Below are positions 59,910 through 64,000 of a DNA stretch of 64,000 nucleotides, in pieces. A model generated the notes under the pieces. That model saw only the letters and a program-made list of their open reading frames with translations, was not told where the DNA came from and did not search any database. The DNA comes from an uncultured candidate division Zixibacteria bacterium (lineage in GTDB: Bacteria > Zixibacteria > MSB-5A5 > UBA10806 > 4484-95), in the NCBI GenBank assembly GCA_963668625.2, contig CAXXKA010000006.1:448001-512000 (forward strand), given 5' to 3'. The translations under genes were made by a program, and so were the position numbers. Within the stretch, counting starts at the first letter, position 1. Each line of letters starts with the position of its first letter.

Positions 59910-61176
59910 AAACTATTATTTCTTAAACCTCGGCTGTCCTAAAAATCAAACGGATGGCGATTTCGTACGCGGAGCTTTGAATGATCTTGGATTTGACGAG
60001 ACATTGGATGTTTCCGATGCCGATTTCGTTTTCATCAATACCTGCGCATTCATCGATGACGCCCGTCGCGAAACCGAGGGCGAAATAGATATACTCCTAG
60101 AATATAAAAACGAACATGCCAAATTGGTTGCTTTAGGATGTTACCCCGCCATACCCGAATACGATAAGTACAAGCTCGAGGTTGATGCCTCTTTCAAATT
60201 CAACGAGGTGGAGGAACTTCTAAAATACGTAAGCGGCGATAATAGCTACTGCCTCGATCCGAAAAATATCAACCGTGTGGTAAACGACTTGCCATATGCC
60301 TACCTGGTAATCTCCGATGGCTGCAATAATAGATGCAGTTACTGTGCTATTCCAGATATAAGAGGGGGATATGGCAGTCGCAGTCCGGAGACAATCCGCA
60401 AAGAGGCGGAATATTTAGCGGCTAACGGTGTAAAAGAATTGATACTCGTAGCGCAGGACACCTCGATCTACGGCAGGGATCTGGATGAGGATATCGATTT
60501 GCCCGGACTGTGCGAACGGTTGGCTGTTATCGAGGGGATCGAGTGGCTGAGAATCATGTATATGCATCCGGCGCATACGGATGAGGCCATGCTCGACAGG
60601 CTGTTCGCCATACCGAAAGTATGCCGTTACCTGGATATGCCGATACAGCATATCAGCGATAATGTACTGAATGATATGCGTCGCGGATACAATTCCGAGC
60701 GGGTGGTAAGGCTAATAAATCATTTGCGAAAGTTGGATAAAGATATATCTTTACGAACTACTTTGATGGTAGGGTTTCCGGGCGAGTCGGATGATGACTT
60801 CAAACAGCTTCTGGATTTCGTCGAGGAAACCAAATTCGATTTTCTTGGAGCGTTTGTTTACAGCCCGGAACACGGCACGCCGGCCGAAACTATGCCCGGT
60901 AGGGTAGATAAGGAACTGGCGTTGCAGAGGCATGAACTGCTTTACGATATCTCCGAGGAGATATCATTACGCAAAGCCGAAAGCAAAATCGGTAAAACGG
61001 TGAAATTGTTTATCGAGGATGTTTCAGCCGAGTACGATGAATGCTACGAGGCCCGTACCGCCGGGCAAGCGCCGGAAATTGACGGCATGTATATCGTAGA
61101 GATGTTCGAGGGAGTAGGTATCGGCGATATGGTCATGGCAAAGATAACCGATATCTCGTCGGCAATAGTAATTTAG
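59902..61176 (+). CDS. rimO: Ribosomal protein S12 methylthiotransferase RimO
   Basis: LGCPKN, NTCAFI, CNNRCSYC radical-SAM motif, YLDMPIQH, QAPEIDG. Confidence 0.92.
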   Translation: MSKNYYFLNLGCPKNQTDGDFVRGALNDLGFDETLDVSDADFVFINTCAFIDDARRETEGEIDILLEYKNEHAKLVALGCYPAIPEYDKYKLEVDASFKFNEVEELLKYVSGDNSYCLDPKNINRVVNDLPYAYLVISDGCNNRCSYCAIPDIRGGYGSRSPETIRKEAEYLAANGVKELILVAQDTSIYGRDLDEDIDLPGLCERLAVIEGIEWLRIMYMHPAHTDEAMLDRLFAIPKVCRYLDMPIQHISDNVLNDMRRGYNSERVVRLINHLRKLDKDISLRTTLMVGFPGESDDDFKQLLDFVEETKFDFLGAFVYSPEHGTPAETMPGRVDKELALQRHELLYDISEEISLRKAESKIGKTVKLFIEDVSAEYDECYEARTAGQAPEIDGMYIVEMFEGVGIGDMVMAKITDISSAIVI

Positions 61177-61179
61177 GAG

Positions 61180-61791
61180 TTGATGTTGATAGGAAAACGC
61201 GGTGTAATCTCGATTACGATATTGATACTGGCGTTTGTCGTTTCGGTTTATGCCGGTAATCCCCCGACGAACGAAGAATTCGTTGCCGGGGCAGTCTCGA
61301 CCGAGTTCGTGAAATTGCTGGATAGCTTGAATATAGATCGCGGCCCGATAGTGATTGAATCCGAACGCGGTATGAACTCATTGATCGCCGACGGGGCTAA
61401 AAGTGGCGCGCTCGAAAAAGGTTTGCTATTGCTCAATGGTAAAGACGGGCAAGCCGAGTACGCATACCTGATTACGATATCTCTCAGTTCGTTCGATTTT
61501 AATTACAGCAACGGCAAGTCGAGAGGATTTTTTCATCGTCCTTATATCAAAAGAAATCTTTTCGGCCAGATGCTGATAAGTATAACCGGGGCTGATGTGA
61601 ATTACCTCGGATTTCGGGGGTTCGATAATTCCGATGAGGTCGAGCCTGGCTCGTTGAACTATATATCGAGTATCCGGTATAATCAACTATCTCCCCGCCC
61701 GCCGGGCGCCGGAGTGAAGAAGTATCTCGAACCGCTGGCGGTCACGGCGACAGTGGGCGGTTTGATCTACCTGTTTTTCATCAATCGTTAG
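61180..61791 (+). CDS. Hypothetical exported/membrane protein
   Basis: Signal peptide and C-terminal hydrophobic helix (EPLAVTATVGGLIYLFF); within the operon. Confidence 0.7.
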   Translation: MMLIGKRGVISITILILAFVVSVYAGNPPTNEEFVAGAVSTEFVKLLDSLNIDRGPIVIESERGMNSLIADGAKSGALEKGLLLLNGKDGQAEYAYLITISLSSFDFNYSNGKSRGFFHRPYIKRNLFGQMLISITGADVNYLGFRGFDNSDEVEPGSLNYISSIRYNQLSPRPPGAGVKKYLEPLAVTATVGGLIYLFFINR

Positions 61792-61809
61792 TTTTAGGAG
61801 AAAAAGAGC

Positions 61810-62580
61810 GTGAAAAAGCTTTTAATTTTGATAGCGGTAACAGCCCTGACAATTTCATACTGCGGTAAGAAACCCAGAATGATCCTTCCGGCCAATCAGC
61901 AATTCGCGAAAGCAATGGAACTGTACGAGGATGGAAAATACGTGAAAGCCCAGGTAGAATTCGAGAACCTGATCTATACCTATCCCGGTAACACGGTTAT
62001 CGATACCGCCCAGTACTATCTCGGGATGTGTTATTATGAAGATGAGGACTACGGTCTGGCGGTTGGCGAATTCCACCGGCTTCTGACAGTATATCCCTCC
62101 TCGGAGTTTGCCGATGACGCCCAGTACTATGTTGCCATGTCGCATTATGAGATGTCACCGAAATACAGTTTGGATCAAACCAACACATTCCAGGCTATCG
62201 AGGAGTTCAATAACCTGATCGCCAATTTCCCGACCAGCGATTTCCGCGATGATTCCCGGGCTAAAGTAAAAGAGCTGGAGGATAAGCTGGCGCATAAATC
62301 TTTCAAGGCCGGCGAGCTGTATGTAAAACTGCATGATTACAAATCGGCGATGGTGTATTTTACGTTTGTCAGGGATAATTACCCGAGCACCGACTGGGCG
62401 ATCAGATCGTTTTACTATAGCGGCGAGGCTCAATTCCAACTCGAGCAATACGACGAGGCCAGGGACACTTTCGAGAAATTCCTTCAGGGATTTTACGAAC
62501 ATGAATTGGCCGAGAAAGCCCGCGACAGGCTTCGGGAAATACATGAAATCGATGAGACGGTAAACTCGAAAGAGGGCTGA
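61810..62580 (+). CDS. bamD: Outer membrane protein assembly factor BamD
   Basis: Lipobox ISYC, TPR repeats, LDQTNT..AI..F...FP.S motif. Confidence 0.88.
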   Translation: MKKLLILIAVTALTISYCGKKPRMILPANQQFAKAMELYEDGKYVKAQVEFENLIYTYPGNTVIDTAQYYLGMCYYEDEDYGLAVGEFHRLLTVYPSSEFADDAQYYVAMSHYEMSPKYSLDQTNTFQAIEEFNNLIANFPTSDFRDDSRAKVKELEDKLAHKSFKAGELYVKLHDYKSAMVYFTFVRDNYPSTDWAIRSFYYSGEAQFQLEQYDEARDTFEKFLQGFYEHELAEKARDRLREIHEIDETVNSKEG

Positions 62581-62581
62581 G

Positions 62582-63154
62582 ATGGCAAATCTCGGCGTAT
62601 TCGGCGGTACATTCGATCCGCCCCACATAGGGCATCTGATACTGGCGCAAAGCGCTTGCGAGCAGCTAAATCTCGATAAAATTATTATCATACCCGCAGG
62701 TAAACAGCCACATAAGTCAAATCTGAATATATCATCGGGAAAAGCGCGTTTGGAGATGCTCGAGTTGGCTATTGCCGGAGATGATCGGTTCGAGATATCC
62801 GATATCGAACTAGGCAGCGATGACATCTCGTATACGTACAAAACGATTTCCCGCCTGCGCGAATTATACCCCGAAAACGAGTTGTATTTTCTGATCGGCG
62901 GTGATAATATCTCCGATATCGAAACCTGGATGAAACCGGAGGAGATATTCGGGAAAGCCGTAGTGGCGGCGGCCATGAGACCCGAATACGAACCCTCGGG
63001 CAAGTTCAAAAATGACATTAGATTGTTTAACATGCCGCCTATCGGTCTGTCATCCACGGAGATTAGAGATATGGTTAAAAACAAACGATCGATCAAATAT
63101 CTGGTACCCGAAAAAGTTGAAAACTATATCAGAAAGAATAAGTTATATATCTAG
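62582..63154 (+). CDS. nadD: Nicotinate-nucleotide adenylyltransferase
   Basis: GGTFDPPHIGH, SYTYKT, FLIGGD, LSSTEIR. Confidence 0.95.
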   Translation: MANLGVFGGTFDPPHIGHLILAQSACEQLNLDKIIIIPAGKQPHKSNLNISSGKARLEMLELAIAGDDRFEISDIELGSDDISYTYKTISRLRELYPENELYFLIGGDNISDIETWMKPEEIFGKAVVAAAMRPEYEPSGKFKNDIRLFNMPPIGLSSTEIRDMVKNKRSIKYLVPEKVENYIRKNKLYI

Positions 63155-64000
63155 ATGAGTAAACTACTGCTTCTAATAGACGGCTCGGCGGTCGCGTATC
63201 GGAGTTATTTCGCGTTTATCCGCAATCCGCTGGTTAACTCGCATGGGGAAAATACCGGCGCGCTTTTCGGATTCACCGGCTCCATCGTAAAGATACTCGA
63301 ACAGGTCAAGCCTGATTACCTGGCCTGCGTTTTCGATACCGCTGCCCCGACATTTCGCCATGAACTATATGATGAATACAAATCGACTCGCGCTAAAATG
63401 CCCGATGAATTGGCCGATTCGCTGCTCTGGATAAAACAGATGCTGGAGGGATTCAAGATTCCCGTTTTGGAGATGCCGGGATACGAGGCGGATGACATTA
63501 TCGGAACGCTGGCGCGCAAAGCCGCCGACAAAGGTTTCGAGGTTGGGATGTTTACCGGCGATAAAGATTTTTATCAACTTGTTAACGATAAAGTCAAACT
63601 TCTGCACCCTAAAACATTCGAATGGTTCGGCAGTGAACGAGTCGAGGAGAAATTCGGCGTACCTCCCGATAAAGTCATAGATTTTCTGGCCCTGATGGGA
63701 GACAGTTCGGATAACGTTCCGGGCGTACGAGGAGTTGGCGAAAAGACAGCATTGAAACTACTGAATGAATTCGGCAGTTTCGAGAAAGTGCTCGATTCCG
63801 CCGATCTGGTCAAACAAAAAAAAATCTCGAATTCACTAAAAGAGAACAGGGAACTGGCGGAGCTGTCATACAGGCTGGTGACTATCGATACCGATGTACC
63901 GGTCGAGTTGGACGAGGATGCTCTCAAAGTGGAAAACCCCGATAGCGCCTCGTTGGCCGAATTATTCAAGCGTTATGAGCTTGGTATGTATTATAAACGT
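63155..64000 (+). CDS. polA: DNA polymerase I, 5'-3' exonuclease domain; runs off the window end and is absent from the ORF track
   Basis: MSKLLLLIDGSAVAYRSYFA...YKSTRAKMPDEL...GYEADDIIGTL...GDKDFYQL...LMGDSSDNVPGVRGVGEKTA. Confidence 0.95.
   Translation, partial: MSKLLLLIDGSAVAYRSYFAFIRNPLVNSHGENTGALFGFTGSIVKILEQVKPDYLACVFDTAAPTFRHELYDEYKSTRAKMPDELADSLLWIKQMLEGFKIPVLEMPGYEADDIIGTLARKAADKGFEVGMFTGDKDFYQLVNDKVKLLHPKTFEWFGSERVEEKFGVPPDKVIDFLALMGDSSDNVPGVRGVGEKTALKLLNEFGSFEKVLDSADLVKQKKISNSLKENRELAELSYRLVTIDTDVPVELDEDALKVENPDSASLAELFKRYELGMYYKR

Noticed and set aside
62155-63096. 313-aa minus-strand ORF and similar long alternative ORFs (57192-57947, 41068-41775, 40441-40998, 37178-37729)
   Set aside because: Antisense shadows of well-supported genes, with no recognisable motifs.

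Overview
Bacterial chromosomal window of about 44% GC by eye. The secreted proteins ending in NYPNPFN-type C-terminal sorting domains or dockerins, plus LptD/BamD/LolA, suggest an FCB-superphylum organism such as candidate division Zixibacteria (inference). Housekeeping blocks are dnaJ-prmA-rsmE, dnaK, yicC-gmk-rpoZ-topA...xerC-hslVU, and lptD-hup-ftsK-lolA-rimO-bamD-nadD-polA. Accessory secreted-protein genes are interleaved with them. Main observations: (1) two tandem lipoproteins (8.7-11.2 kb) carry three copies of a module in which a type IV pilin-like head domain, lacking the prepilin helix, sits inside an Fn3-like domain; (2) three tandem beta-helix genes (25.6-30.8 kb) have near-identical, mosaic ends and AT-rich divergent cores, and share a near-identical sorting-domain DNA segment with an unrelated neighbour; (3) a 255-bp MITE with 13-bp TIRs and exact 9-bp target duplications occurs in two near-identical copies, one splitting a gene, and is built from covarying REP-like hairpins that also flank orphan genes; (4) several apparently leaderless genes, a candidate sRNA and two unlisted pseudogenes. 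No rRNA, tRNA, CRISPR array, transposase or reverse transcriptase was seen.
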